The position numbers and the translations under genes are program-made. The notes under the pieces were generated by a model. It was not told the DNA's origin. It did no database searches and saw only the letters and a list, made by a program, of their open reading frames with translations. Source: Gammaproteobacteria bacterium (lineage in GTDB: Bacteria > Pseudomonadota > Gammaproteobacteria > Steroidobacterales > Rariloculaceae). From it: a stretch of 47,717 nucleotides of DNA. Positions within the stretch are counted from its first letter, which is position 1. Each line of letters starts with the position of its first letter. The stretch lies in NCBI GenBank assembly GCA_038125265.1, contig JAYPDM010000008.1, forward strand, positions 1,784 through 49,500. Direction: 5' to 3'. Shown here piece by piece: positions 21,900 through 32,956 of this stretch.

Positions 21900-22292
21900 T
21901 TACTGATTGACTAACTGGTGTAAGGCACCATTGACAAACTTATAGCTATTTTCGGAACCAAATAGTTTTGCAAGTTCAATGGCCTCATTAATGATTACGC
22001 CTATGGGGGTCTTCTCCGATAATTTTTCGGCTAGGGCAACAAAAAGCAGCGCCCTATCAATGTAGTCGATCTCGCTAATAGTTCTTTTTGATAAGTTTTC
22101 AATCTCATCTCTGAGCTTATCTTTATTAGCAAAGAATAAATGAAGATTGCCCTTAAAATGACTGCTGTCCACCTTTTTGATATCGGCTTCAAACCACCGA
22201 ACCGTATCCTCCTCAGAGATATCCGACATTAAATGCATATAGACTGACTGCACGAGAAGCTCTCTAGATTTTTGTATTGCACCCTTTTTCAC
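21900..22292 (-). CDS. nusB: Transcription antitermination factor NusB
   Basis: VIINEAIELAKLFG, KFVNGAL; ribH-nusB-thiL synteny. Confidence 0.93.
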   Translation of the reverse strand: MKKGAIQKSRELLVQSVYMHLMSDISEEDTVRWFEADIKKVDSSHFKGNLHLFFANKDKLRDEIENLSKRTISEIDYIDRALLFVALAEKLSEKTPIGVIINEAIELAKLFGSENSYKFVNGALHQLVNQ

Positions 22293-22296
22293 AGCT

Positions 22297-22773
22297 TCAA
22301 AATTTCTTCAAATTATTAATCATCATTAGGGTCGCTAAAGCAGCGTCTCTTCCTTTGTTGTCCTCGTTTCTTGCAGACCTTGAGAGCGCTTGACTGATGT
22401 TATCCACAGCCAAAACCCCATACCCGATGGGTAATTTATGCGCCACAGATACGTTAAGCACGCCCTCTGAGCATGCGTCTGCAACTTGGGTAAAGTGATA
22501 GGTCTCTCCCTTGATGATGCATCCTAATACGATAATCCCATCATACTTTCCTTGCTCGGCAATGACCTTGCACATCAGTGGGATCTCATAGGCCCCGGGT
22601 ACAAAAAATATTTGAATATTATCTTCCTTAAGCCCTTGCTGAAGCAGTACATTTTTTGCCTCTACTCTCAAGTCATCAACAATATTTTCATTAAATTTTG
22701 CACAAATAATGGCAATTTTTGCATCCTTATGAAGCTCTTTATCAAGTCCTAAGTTTGCTTTATTGCTCTCCAT
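22297..22773 (-). CDS. ribH: 6,7-dimethyl-8-ribityllumazine synthase
   Basis: AKFN, VPGAYEIP, IKGETYHF, NKGRDAA; start 22773 or 22779. Confidence 0.96.
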   Translation of the reverse strand: MESNKANLGLDKELHKDAKIAIICAKFNENIVDDLRVEAKNVLLQQGLKEDNIQIFFVPGAYEIPLMCKVIAEQGKYDGIIVLGCIIKGETYHFTQVADACSEGVLNVSVAHKLPIGYGVLAVDNISQALSRSARNEDNKGRDAALATLMMINNLKKF

Positions 22774-22778
22774 TCTCA

Positions 22779-23894
22779 TCAGTCGTCTATGTTGAGATAA
22801 TCAGTAATTTCTAGTCCAAAGCCAGAAATAGCAGATAAATGTTTAGGCAGACTGATTACTCGCATCTTCTTAACTCCAATCTTTCTTAAGATTTGTGCTC
22901 CGATTCCATAGGTCCTCAGTTCCTGCTTTTCGCGGGCACTGTCTAAACTTGTTTGTTGATCGGTATGTAACATTTTAAGGAGCTCTCTCGAGGATTGTTG
23001 ATACCCAAGCAGTATCACAACACCCGTCTCTTCATGACTGATGTACTCGAGGGCCCTATCAAACGATAAACCTTTGCTACTACTTTCAATCCCAAGAACA
23101 TCGGTATAGATATCAGGTATATGAACCCTGACCGTTGTAACTTTTTCTTTATCTATCTCACCCTTGACCAAAGCAAAATGAATTAATTTATTTAGATGAT
23201 CCTCAAAAACTAGCATGCGAAAGGAGCCTTGCTTTGTATCAACTAATTTTTCTTGAACAATTTCAACAGCCTCCTCATGTTCTAGGCGGTAACTAATTAA
23301 ATCTGCAATTGTTCCAATCTTTAGCTGATGCTCTTTTGCAAAAGCCATCAGGTCGTTTCTCCTTGCCATGGTTCCATCATCATTGAGTATCTCAACTATG
23401 ACTGAAGCAGGCTCAAGTCCGGCAAGTCTAGCAAAATCACAGCCTGCCTCGGTATGTCCCGCCCGAACCAGAACTCCGCCTGGCTGGGACATCAATGGAA
23501 AAATATGTCCAGGCTGAGTGATATCATCAGGCTCAGCATCAGGAGCTACTGCAACCTTTACTGTTCTAGCCCTATCCTGCGCAGATATACCGGTTGAAAT
23601 ACCATCTGCTGCCTCTATAGACATCGTAAAATTAGTACTCTTTCTTCTATTAGTATCTGAGATCATTAGAGGCAATCGAAGTTGATTGCATCTCTCCTTG
23701 GTCAGCGTTAAGCATATGAGTCCTCGACCATATTTGGTCATGAAATTTATTGTATCAGCGCTAGTTTTTGAGGCTGCAATAAGAAGATCTCCCTCATTTT
23801 CTCGGTCCTCATCATCTACGATGATAACCATCTCACCCGCTCTGATTGCATCAATGATTTCTTGAGTTGTATTAAATTTTATTTCAGTACTCAT
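22779..23894 (-). CDS. ribB: DHBP synthase fused to a degenerate GTP cyclohydrolase II domain (RibBX type)
   Basis: [29 protein letters not shown]; C-terminal half has VRVH and YGIGAQIL but no Zn cysteines. Confidence 0.93.
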   Translation of the reverse strand: MSTEIKFNTTQEIIDAIRAGEMVIIVDDEDRENEGDLLIAASKTSADTINFMTKYGRGLICLTLTKERCNQLRLPLMISDTNRRKSTNFTMSIEAADGISTGISAQDRARTVKVAVAPDAEPDDITQPGHIFPLMSQPGGVLVRAGHTEAGCDFARLAGLEPASVIVEILNDDGTMARRNDLMAFAKEHQLKIGTIADLISYRLEHEEAVEIVQEKLVDTKQGSFRMLVFEDHLNKLIHFALVKGEIDKEKVTTVRVHIPDIYTDVLGIESSSKGLSFDRALEYISHEETGVVILLGYQQSSRELLKMLHTDQQTSLDSAREKQELRTYGIGAQILRKIGVKKMRVISLPKHLSAISGFGLEITDYLNIDD

Positions 23895-23898
23895 CTGA

Positions 23899-24498
23899 TC
23901 ATGAACTCTGTTTAAGAATGGAATGAGTATATCTTGCTATGACATCTATTTCTAAATTTACTCTTTTCGCTAACTTGTAAAACTGAATGATCGTATTTTT
24001 TAGGGTATGAGGAACGATCATCACGCTAAAGCTATTTTTATCAACCTTATTTACAGTCAACGAAACTCCATCAATGCAAATTGAACATTTTTTTGCTATA
24101 TAAGGTTTAAGCTCATCATTAAAAAATATCTTAAGTTCCGTGTATTCATCTTGAGTCTCTATGGCAATGACCTCTCCTAGAGCGTCCACATGACCTGTAA
24201 CAAAGTGGCCATCCAGGCTGTCACCGATAATCAGTGACGGTTCAACATTCACTGCATCATTTTCTTTAAGATCGCCGAGATTAGTAATTCGAGCCGTTTC
24301 AGATGAAACATTAAAAATTAATTTATCTTGAGCACGCTCGGCAACTGTAAGGCAGACTCCGTTGATCGCTATGCTTGACCCTAGCGCGGACTTGGATAAA
24401 AGCTCTTCACTGCTGACTTTAATTGCAAGGTCAAGAGAATTGCCATGTTGCTCTATAAACGCTACCTCATTGACAGACTGGATAATACCGCTAAACAT
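23899..24498 (-). CDS. ribE: Riboflavin synthase
   Basis: MFSGII, INGVCLTV, GHFVTGHVD, DGVSLTV. Confidence 0.96.
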   Translation of the reverse strand: MFSGIIQSVNEVAFIEQHGNSLDLAIKVSSEELLSKSALGSSIAINGVCLTVAERAQDKLIFNVSSETARITNLGDLKENDAVNVEPSLIIGDSLDGHFVTGHVDALGEVIAIETQDEYTELKIFFNDELKPYIAKKCSICIDGVSLTVNKVDKNSFSVMIVPHTLKNTIIQFYKLAKRVNLEIDVIARYTHSILKQSS

Positions 24499-25585
24499 TA
24501 CTAATCCTTAATAATCTCAACTTTACATCTTCCCCAACTAAAGACGCTTCTACAAATCGAAAAGATTGATGCTTGGGTATTTCAACAAGTTTCATCTCAC
24601 CAAAAGAACTTAACCCTTCCGAGCCGAGTATTTTAGCTGCAAAAAAAATATTTATCTCATCAATCAGATTATTTTGAAAAAATGAGGAGTTCACCTTCGC
24701 GCCGGACTCTATCAGCACGTGGTGAAATTTTTTGTTTATTATGAATTCAGATACTCTCTCAATACGTTTACCCTTCTCGTCAAATAGACAGAGAATCTCT
24801 GCGCCAAGGGCGCTTAAAGATTCCTGTTTGACTTGGTCTATGCCTTGATCACATAAAATGACGACCTTCTCATTCTTAAGAATTTTTGCATCAATCGGAA
24901 TTCTTAATTGAGAATCTAAAATAATAATTTCAGGAGCATTAATCGGATGCTCAGTTTCTAGTCGAACGCTGTAACTTGGATCATCAACCAAGATCGTATC
25001 TATTCCAATGATAATGGCGTCATTCTTTGCTCTAATGGCATGAGCATCATAACGCGCAAGTTCGGAGGTGATCCACTTACTCTCACCATTTGAAAGTGCG
25101 ATTCTACCGTCTAAGGAGGATGCTATTTTTGTTGTGATCCATGGTCTACCCTTCTCATAAAAATGAAAATATCCACGATTTAAATCTTTAGCGTGATCCT
25201 CATAAATACCAACCTCTACCTCAATGCCGCTTGCTTTTAATTTTTTAATTCCTGCACCATTGACTATTGGGTTGGGGTCTAAGGAGGCGCAAACAACCCT
25301 TCGAATGCCAGATTTTAAAATGAGATCAACACACGGACCTGTCTTTCCTTGGTGCGAACAAGGCTCCAAAGTAACGTACATCGTGGCCCCTTTAAAATCA
25401 ATAGACGCATCTCCAAGTGCCATTTGCTCGGCATGCTCTTGCCCGGCCCACTGATGCCAACCCTCCGCAATTACCCTTTCATTTTTTGTAACTACGCATC
25501 CGACCTTAGGATTTGGCCAGGTCGAATATTGACCCTTCTTGGCATTGGATAATGCTTTTGTCATAAATTCTTGATCAATGTTCAC
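24491..25585 (-). CDS. ribD: Riboflavin biosynthesis deaminase/reductase
   Basis: PNPKVG, HAE, TLEPCSHQGKTGPC, SLDG, SKWIT. Confidence 0.96.
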   Translation of the reverse strand: MNIDQEFMTKALSNAKKGQYSTWPNPKVGCVVTKNERVIAEGWHQWAGQEHAEQMALGDASIDFKGATMYVTLEPCSHQGKTGPCVDLILKSGIRRVVCASLDPNPIVNGAGIKKLKASGIEVEVGIYEDHAKDLNRGYFHFYEKGRPWITTKIASSLDGRIALSNGESKWITSELARYDAHAIRAKNDAIIIGIDTILVDDPSYSVRLETEHPINAPEIIILDSQLRIPIDAKILKNEKVVILCDQGIDQVKQESLSALGAEILCLFDEKGKRIERVSEFIINKKFHHVLIESGAKVNSSFFQNNLIDEINIFFAAKILGSEGLSSFGEMKLVEIPKHQSFRFVEASLVGEDVKLRLLRISNV

Positions 25586-26085
25586 TGCTTTTTATCATCC
25601 AATAGTAGCGTCAGCTGGCTCGATTTTTTTCTTTTTCCCTTCTTTAGATTTGTAATCTCTGCTTGAAACTCTGAGGCGTCCTTAAAGCTTCGATAAACCG
25701 AGGCAAATCTTATGTATGCAATATCATCTAATTTCTTAAGCTCTTTCATGATCATTTCGCCAATGGCTTTTGCTGGAATTTCTCTTTCTCCTAGTGTTCT
25801 AAAATGATGCAATATGCGGTTATACATTGCATCAAGCTTTTCTGATGGAATGGGCCTTTTTTCTGTTGCCCTGCTTATGCTTCGCTTGAGCTTATTCTCA
25901 TCAAAGGGTTCAATCTCAGCGCTTCTTTTAGCAACCCTTGGTAGTACCAACTCTATCGTTTCAAATGTGGTAAATCGCTCCACACATTCAAGACACTCTC
26001 TTCTTCTTCTTATTTGCCAGCCCTCTCCGGCTAATCTAGAGTCAATGACTTTGGTCTCTTCCGAGCTACAAAATGGACAGTGCAT
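25582..26085 (-). CDS. nrdR: Transcriptional repressor NrdR
   Basis: CPFC...RRRREC..C zinc ribbon, ATP cone, YIRFASVY. Confidence 0.97.
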   Translation of the reverse strand: MHCPFCSSEETKVIDSRLAGEGWQIRRRRECLECVERFTTFETIELVLPRVAKRSAEIEPFDENKLKRSISRATEKRPIPSEKLDAMYNRILHHFRTLGEREIPAKAIGEMIMKELKKLDDIAYIRFASVYRSFKDASEFQAEITNLKKGKRKKSSQLTLLLDDKKQ

Positions 26086-26088
26086 TTC

Positions 26089-27354
26089 CTAGGTATAAAC
26101 AGGAAACTTTTCGCAAAGGCTTTTTACCTCTGTTTTGATTCTCGCTATGGTTTCATCAATATTTGAATTTGTGCTCATAGCATCAAGAATATCTGCAATA
26201 TAAGTTGCTACGCTAATGGCCTCATCAACCCCAAACCCTCGGGTAGTTATTGCTGGTGTGCCTATTCTAAGCCCACTTGTCACCATGGGTGAGCGCGGGT
26301 CATTCGGAACTGAATTTTTATTCACAGTTATGTTTGCTTGATGCAATAGGCTCTCTGCTTCGTTGCCGGCTAAATCTTTCTCAACCAAACTAACTAACAT
26401 CAAATGATTATCTGTTCCCCCAGAAACCACGCCATACCCTCGTTCGTTTAATACCGATGCCATTGCCTTAGCATTTGAAAGTACTTTTGCTTGATATTCT
26501 TTGAATGAGGGTTGTAATGCCTCTAGAAAGGCCGTGGCCTTTGCAGCAATCACGTGCATCAGTGGCCCCCCTTGGGTGCCAGGAAAGACTGATGAGTTAA
26601 GTTTTTTATTTATCTCGTCATTATCATTCGCAAGAATCATTCCGCTTCTAGGTCCACGCAAGGTTTTGTGAGTTGTAGTAGTGACCACATCAGCATAGGG
26701 TAGCGGGCTGGGATAGTGACCTGAAGCAACCAGGCCAGCGATATGAGCAATATCAGCAAGTAAATAAGCATCTACCCGATCAGCTATTTCTCTAAATTTT
26801 TTCCAGTCTAAAATTCTTGAGTAGGCGCTAAAACCAGCAACGATCATTTGCGGTTTATGCTCAATTGCTAACCTTTCAAGCTCATCATAATCAATTAAGC
26901 CTGTATCGGTATTGATACCGTACTGAATTGCATTGTATTGCTTACCAGAAAAATTAACTTTTGCTCCATGGGTAAGATGGCCTCCATGCGACAAGCTCAT
27001 TCCAAGAATGGTGTCTCCAGGCTTTAGTAGAGCAAGAAAAACTGCTGCATTGGCCTGTGAACCTGAGTGAGGTTGAACATTAGCGTAGCCGGCATTAAAT
27101 AATTCTTTCGCTCTCTCGATTGCCAGCTCTTCAGCAATATCTACTACCTCACACCCTCCGTAATATCTTTTTGAGGGATAGCCTTCGGCATATTTATTTG
27201 TGAGTACGGATCCTTGGGCACGCAATACGTTTGGGCTAGCATAATTTTCAGAGGCGATAAGCTCAATTTGCTCCTCTTGTCTTAGTGCCTCATTGCTCAA
27301 TACAGAAGCAATTTTTGGGTCAAAATTCTCTAGGGTTTCTCTATTTATTGTCAT
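26089..27354 (-). CDS. glyA: Serine hydroxymethyltransferase
   Basis: [26 protein letters not shown]. Confidence 0.98.
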   Translation of the reverse strand: MTINRETLENFDPKIASVLSNEALRQEEQIELIASENYASPNVLRAQGSVLTNKYAEGYPSKRYYGGCEVVDIAEELAIERAKELFNAGYANVQPHSGSQANAAVFLALLKPGDTILGMSLSHGGHLTHGAKVNFSGKQYNAIQYGINTDTGLIDYDELERLAIEHKPQMIVAGFSAYSRILDWKKFREIADRVDAYLLADIAHIAGLVASGHYPSPLPYADVVTTTTHKTLRGPRSGMILANDNDEINKKLNSSVFPGTQGGPLMHVIAAKATAFLEALQPSFKEYQAKVLSNAKAMASVLNERGYGVVSGGTDNHLMLVSLVEKDLAGNEAESLLHQANITVNKNSVPNDPRSPMVTSGLRIGTPAITTRGFGVDEAISVATYIADILDAMSTNSNIDETIARIKTEVKSLCEKFPVYT

Positions 27355-27463
27355 GGGTTTTGCCGAAAAACTCTATTGTACCGAGTAATCCTTTTTGGTT
27401 CAGCCAATTTAAATAAATTGTTTTAATTTTTGAAAAAAATATAATGATCGGACTGATTAAATT

Positions 27464-29131
27464 ATGGCTCAATACATATTTACAACTAATCGTTTGGGGA
27501 AAATCGTCCCTCATAATCGTTTTATCCTGAAAAATATCAGTCTAAGTTTTTTTCCTGGGGCAAAAATTGGTGTTTTAGGGCTCAATGGCTCGGGTAAATC
27601 AAGTTTATTAAAAATTATGGCTGGGGTTGATAAAAATTTTGAGGGCGAGGCAAGGCCTCAAGGTGGTATTAATATTGGTTATCTTCCTCAGGAGCCAGAG
27701 ATTGATGATGAAAAAACAGTCAGAGAAGCTGTCGAGGAAGGCGTAGCGGGCACACTTGAGGTGCTTGCAAAGTTTAATGAGATCAGCGATAAGTTTGCTG
27801 AGCCCATGTCAGATGATGAGATGAACGAACTTCTCATCGAGCAAGGAAAGCTCCAAGAAACCATTGACTCGATAAATGGCTGGGAGGTCGAGAGAAGACT
27901 TGAGGTCGCTAAACATGCCCTCTCACTCCCAAGCTGGGAATCAAAGATAAAACATCTCTCAGGAGGAGAAAAACGAAGAGTCGCTATTTGCAGACTTCTG
28001 CTTACGAACCCTGACATGCTTCTGCTTGACGAGCCAACCAACCATCTTGACGCTGAATCAGTACACTGGCTCGAACAATTTCTGTCTCAGTACTCAGGCA
28101 CTGTGGTAGCGGTCACGCATGATCGTTATTTTCTCGATAATGTCGCAGGTTGGATTCTTGAATTAGATAGGGGCGAGGGCATACCTTGGGAGGGTAATTA
28201 TTCAAGCTGGCTTGAGCAAAAAGACAAGAGACTAGAGCACGAACAAAAAAGCGAAAAGGCTAGGCAAAGAGCAATTCAATCAGAACTGGAGTGGATAAGA
28301 AGCAATCCTAAAGGCAGACAAGCAAAATCGAAAGCCAGAATGCAGAAGTTTGAAGAATTAAATTCAAAAGAATTTCAATCAAGAAATGAGACGAATGAAA
28401 TATATATTCCTCCTGGCCCAAGGCTTGGTGATCAAGTTATTGAAGCAAAAAATTTATCTAAGAAATTTAAAGATAAATCATTATTTAGCAATTTAAATTT
28501 TTCAATACCGCCCGCCTCAATCGTAGGTATTATTGGTGGTAATGGTGTCGGCAAATCAACGCTTTTTAGAATTATTACTGGACAAGAAGAACCTGACGAT
28601 GGAGAAATAATTATAGGCTCGAGCGTACAAATCGCCTACGTTGATCAGTCACGAGACTCACTTGATGGCAATAACACCATATGGGAAGAAGTATCGAATA
28701 AACAGGATATTATAGAGGTAGGTAACTATCAGGTACCATCCAGGGCATACCTTGGCAAGTTTAACTTTAAAGGCTCAGATCAACAGAAAAAAGTCTCTTT
28801 ACTCTCTGGTGGGGAAAGAAATCGAGTACATTTAGCAAAGCTATTAAAATCTGGGGGGAATGTTCTCCTTCTTGATGAGCCGAGTAATGATCTGGATGTG
28901 GAGACACTCAGAGCTCTCGAGGAGGCGATACTGGCATTTCCAGGAACCTGTCTTGTCATCTCTCATGATCGCTGGTTCCTTAACCGCGTTGCTACACATA
29001 TGATTGCCTTTGAGAGTGACGGAATGGTCACATTCATTGAGGGGAATTATGATGACTACTGTGAGGATTTAGTCAGACGAAAAGGCTCTGATGCTCTAAA
29101 AATATCCTCACCTTTTACAAAACTATCCTAG
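27464..29131 (+). CDS. ettA: ABC-F translational throttle EttA
   Basis: SLSFFPGAKIGVLGLNGSGKS, twin ABC domains, PKGRQAKSKAR linker. Confidence 0.96.
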   Translation: MAQYIFTTNRLGKIVPHNRFILKNISLSFFPGAKIGVLGLNGSGKSSLLKIMAGVDKNFEGEARPQGGINIGYLPQEPEIDDEKTVREAVEEGVAGTLEVLAKFNEISDKFAEPMSDDEMNELLIEQGKLQETIDSINGWEVERRLEVAKHALSLPSWESKIKHLSGGEKRRVAICRLLLTNPDMLLLDEPTNHLDAESVHWLEQFLSQYSGTVVAVTHDRYFLDNVAGWILELDRGEGIPWEGNYSSWLEQKDKRLEHEQKSEKARQRAIQSELEWIRSNPKGRQAKSKARMQKFEELNSKEFQSRNETNEIYIPPGPRLGDQVIEAKNLSKKFKDKSLFSNLNFSIPPASIVGIIGGNGVGKSTLFRIITGQEEPDDGEIIIGSSVQIAYVDQSRDSLDGNNTIWEEVSNKQDIIEVGNYQVPSRAYLGKFNFKGSDQQKKVSLLSGGERNRVHLAKLLKSGGNVLLLDEPSNDLDVETLRALEEAILAFPGTCLVISHDRWFLNRVATHMIAFESDGMVTFIEGNYDDYCEDLVRRKGSDALKISSPFTKLS

Positions 29132-32100
29132 CAACCAGTCTCTGCAATTCTCAAAAATTTTTAACCAGGGGGTGTATCTATCCCAAGAATCAGGCGACCA
29201 TGAGAGCTGAGCCTTAAGAAATGAGCGCTCAGGATGTGGCATCATAATATTAATTCTCCCATCCAGATTCGATAGGCCGGCAATAGCACTCATTGAGCCA
29301 TTTGGATTATAAGGATATTGATAAGTATCGTTATAATTATCATCAACATATGTCATTGTTATATTGATATTCTGATCATCTTGATAACAAGCCCTTCCCT
29401 CGCCATGGGATACGACTATCGGTAAAACTTGACCATCCATACCATTAAATAAAATAGAATTACTTTTCTTGATCTTGGTCATTATGAGTCGACCCTCAAA
29501 TTGTTCAGATTGATTTTGCAGAAACCTTGGCCAATTATCACTACCAGGTATAATTGAACGTAACTCTGACATTGCCTGGCAGCCGTTACATACACCGAGT
29601 GCAAATTTATTTGGGTCTGCAAAAAATTCAGCAAAGCCATCATAAAGTATTGGATTATTTAAAATTGATGCTGACCACCCCCCTCCAGCACCTAAGACAT
29701 CTCCGTATGAGAATCCTCCACAAAGGACAAGACCATTAAAGCGCTCCAATTTGATTTTTTCTTCTAATAAATCATTCATATGGACGTCCCAGCACTCAAA
29801 GCCTGCTGAATGATAAGCCGCAGCCATTTCATGTTGACTATTAACCCCTTGCTCTCTAATCAAAGCAATTTTAGGTTTTACCTTTTCTTTGGAAGGATTC
29901 GGCCTAAACTGAGAGACATTGGTGGATAAACCATCATCCTTAAAGTCTAAATTTCTCTCAAGTTCTTGATCAGCGACAACAGGATTGTCTCTTAATTTCT
30001 GAATTTTAAAGCTTGGCTCTATCCAAAGAGCAAAAAGCTCTTGCATTGAAAATGCATGGAGCTCAGTACTGTCAAAGTTAATGGAAATGTTTGGATCTTG
30101 GAGCGTTTCAGCAATGACCATGTGTTGTAAATCAAATTGATTAAGTATCTTGATGCATTCTTTTAATGCATCCTCTTTTACCTCAATACAGGCACCAAGC
30201 TCTTCATTGAATAAAAAATGGTAGCAGTCTTCATCGGGTACATTTATTTTTAGTCCGCTTCTTCCGGCAAAGGCCATTTCAAGAAGTGTTACAACGAGTC
30301 CACCATCTGATCTATCATGATAGGCGCTAATGAGTTGTCGCTCTCTTAGCGCTGCTAGGGCCGAAGTGAATTCCTCCAATTTTTTTTCATCTTCAAGGTC
30401 TGGGCATAAAGAATCTTTTTTACCAAAAATTTGATTTACACATGACCCCCCCATCCTTCTTTTGCCTTGCGCCAAATCTATAAATATTATTTGGCTCTTT
30501 CCTCGATGTTTGACATCTGGGGTCAAAGTCTTATTCACGTCACCAATATTTGCCATGGCAGTTATGATTAAAGAAACCGGAGAGTGAACGGAGTAAGCTT
30601 GCTCACTGTCATTCCAAGACATATTCATGGATAAGGAATCCTTACCCACAGGTATTGAAATTCCAAGCTTTGGTGCCAGATTTTCTCCTATCTCATGTAC
30701 CATCTCAAATAACTTTAAATCCTCCCCATCCTTGGATACGGATGCCATCCAATTGGCAGATAAGACGATGTCGCGAGTTGACTTAACATCTGCTGAAATA
30801 ATATTAAGTATAGACTCCGATAAAGCCATCCTCGCTGAAGCTCTTGGGTTAATGTTGGCAAGGCTAACTTTCTCGCCAGTGCTTATTGCCTCCCCTTCAT
30901 CAGTAAAGAATCCCCTCATGGAAACCCCCGCATCAGCAACTGGCACCTGCCAAGGGCCAACCAGCTGATCTCTAGCAATCAGACCGCCTACAGTCCTGTC
31001 GCCTATCGTGACAAGAAAATTTTTTGAACATACTGCAGGAAATTTTAATACCGAATGAAGTGCCTGCTTGAATTCAGGATGAGCATCATCCTTAGCTGAT
31101 AATGTTTCTTGGATTATATTGGTGTTCCTCTGCATCCTTGGGGTGTTTCCTAGGAGCAAAGACATGGGTATATCGATGGGACAATTATCAAATAATTCAT
31201 CATAAAGTATGAGGTTTTTTTCCTTTGTGAGCTCACCGATATCAGCAAAAGGACATCTCTCCCTTTTGCAGAGACTCTCAAATAAATCTACATGATCCTT
31301 AGAAATTAATATGACATACCTCTCCTGTGATTCATTACACCATATCTGCATGGGTGACATTCCCTTCTCATCAATAGGGATGGATCTTAGAGATATTTTT
31401 GCACCCAGACCGCAATGATCGACAATTTCAGGTACCGCATTCGAGAGTCCACCAGCACCGACATCATGAATACAGATAATCGGATTCTTATCCTCCATCG
31501 ATGTGCAGCAATCGATCACTTCTTGGGCGCGTCTTTGCATTTCAGCATTGCCACGCTGAACAGATGCATAATCTAAATCCTCGTCTGATGACCCACTGGC
31601 AAGCGAGGAGGCTGCACCGCCTCCCATACCGATAAGCATGCCTGGGCCCCCAAGAACATAAATCTTATCTCCAGCCTTACCCTGTTTTTTGATCACGTGC
31701 TCATCGTAAATATTTCCAATTCCTCCAGCGATCATGATGGGCTTGAGGTAACCCCAATGAGTCTCATCATTGTCCTCATAAGTCCGAAAGAATCCGGTGA
31801 TACAGGGCCTACCAAATTCATTATTAAAGCTTGCTGCTCCAATAGGTGCCTCGATCATAATGTCCTTAGGTGATGCAATCCTTTTGGGTGGTGCTGGTGA
31901 TTTTCTTTCCCATTCCTCTCTCTCTTTGTCGAGACATAAATGTGACGTCACATATCCCACCATACCAGCTTTCGGTTTAGCCCCAATTCCAGTAGCACCC
32001 TCGTCTCTTATTTCTCCGCCAGATCCTGTTGCGGCCCCTGGAAAAGGTGAAATTGCAGTTGGATGATTGTGAGTTTCAACCTTAAGGACGCTGTGTATTT

Positions 32101-32953
32101 TCTTTGTGTGCTCTATAAATTGTTTGGTCTCAGGGTCTACTAATAATTTATTTGATGTGCCTCCCTTAATGACTGCTGCATTATCTGAGTAGGCAGAGAG
32201 AACATTTTTTGGATTTTGTTGGTATGTATTTTTTATCATCTGGAAAAGGCTCTTTTCCTTTTTTTCGTTATTGATGATGTATTCCGCATTAAAAACTTTA
32301 TGCCTGCAATGCTCTGAGTTAGCCTGTGCAAACATCATAAGCTCGGCATCTGATGGGTTCTTATTGAGTGCCTTATACTGATCAACTAGATAAGCTATCT
32401 CTTGCTCATTGAGTGCCAGTCCTAGCTCTTTGTTTGCCCTTTCAATCTCTTGCGCACCTAAATTTATTAGATCAATACTTTTGTATGTCTCAGGTTCGGG
32501 TTGTTCAAAGAGTTGAGCTACTTCATGTAATGAATGTATCGGTGATTCGGTCATCCTGTCATAGAAAAAACCTTCGAGCATTTCTTGATTTATTGGCTTT
32601 TGCGAATCACTAAATACAACATCGTAACTCTTAACTCTCTCAGCCCTTATCAAGGGTATATTAGCGTTCAACATGATATTTGTAGCCTTAGAGGACCAGG
32701 GCGAGATAGTGCCTAATCGGGGAGCTATGAGAATCAAATAATCCGTTGGTTCTTTGACGTGCTTGGCATTAAGAATGCCCTCAGCCCTTTTGAGATCATG
32801 GGTATCTAAGCACTGACTCGCGCTGATCGCGATAGAGAAGCCTTGATTGATTGAGGCAATATTGTAATCAGCACCAATCAAATCATAGATTTTTTTCGTC
32901 TTCGAATCTAGCTGGCTAAGATTTTGCTCAAAGAAATAGATATGACTTTTCAT
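29123..32953 (-). CDS. purL: Phosphoribosylformylglycinamidine synthase (large PurL)
   Basis: NSEHCRH, KVETHNHPT, HDVGAGG, GVCNGCQ, MMPHPER. Confidence 0.98.
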   Translation of the reverse strand: MKSHIYFFEQNLSQLDSKTKKIYDLIGADYNIASINQGFSIAISASQCLDTHDLKRAEGILNAKHVKEPTDYLILIAPRLGTISPWSSKATNIMLNANIPLIRAERVKSYDVVFSDSQKPINQEMLEGFFYDRMTESPIHSLHEVAQLFEQPEPETYKSIDLINLGAQEIERANKELGLALNEQEIAYLVDQYKALNKNPSDAELMMFAQANSEHCRHKVFNAEYIINNEKKEKSLFQMIKNTYQQNPKNVLSAYSDNAAVIKGGTSNKLLVDPETKQFIEHTKKIHSVLKVETHNHPTAISPFPGAATGSGGEIRDEGATGIGAKPKAGMVGYVTSHLCLDKEREEWERKSPAPPKRIASPKDIMIEAPIGAASFNNEFGRPCITGFFRTYEDNDETHWGYLKPIMIAGGIGNIYDEHVIKKQGKAGDKIYVLGGPGMLIGMGGGAASSLASGSSDEDLDYASVQRGNAEMQRRAQEVIDCCTSMEDKNPIICIHDVGAGGLSNAVPEIVDHCGLGAKISLRSIPIDEKGMSPMQIWCNESQERYVILISKDHVDLFESLCKRERCPFADIGELTKEKNLILYDELFDNCPIDIPMSLLLGNTPRMQRNTNIIQETLSAKDDAHPEFKQALHSVLKFPAVCSKNFLVTIGDRTVGGLIARDQLVGPWQVPVADAGVSMRGFFTDEGEAISTGEKVSLANINPRASARMALSESILNIISADVKSTRDIVLSANWMASVSKDGEDLKLFEMVHEIGENLAPKLGISIPVGKDSLSMNMSWNDSEQAYSVHSPVSLIITAMANIGDVNKTLTPDVKHRGKSQIIFIDLAQGKRRMGGSCVNQIFGKKDSLCPDLEDEKKLEEFTSALAALRERQLISAYHDRSDGGLVVTLLEMAFAGRSGLKINVPDEDCYHFLFNEELGACIEVKEDALKECIKILNQFDLQHMVIAETLQDPNISINFDSTELHAFSMQELFALWIEPSFKIQKLRDNPVVADQELERNLDFKDDGLSTNVSQFRPNPSKEKVKPKIALIREQGVNSQHEMAAAYHSAGFECWDVHMNDLLEEKIKLERFNGLVLCGGFSYGDVLGAGGGWSASILNNPILYDGFAEFFADPNKFALGVCNGCQAMSELRSIIPGSDNWPRFLQNQSEQFEGRLIMTKIKKSNSILFNGMDGQVLPIVVSHGEGRACYQDDQNINITMTYVDDNYNDTYQYPYNPNGSMSAIAGLSNLDGRINIMMPHPERSFLKAQLSWSPDSWDRYTPWLKIFENCRDWLLG

Positions 32954-32956
32954 GAT

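Noticed and set aside
27355-27463. Glycine, ZTP or FMN riboswitch ahead of the glyA-rib operon
   Set aside because: Short AT-rich divergent promoter region with no aptamer motifs
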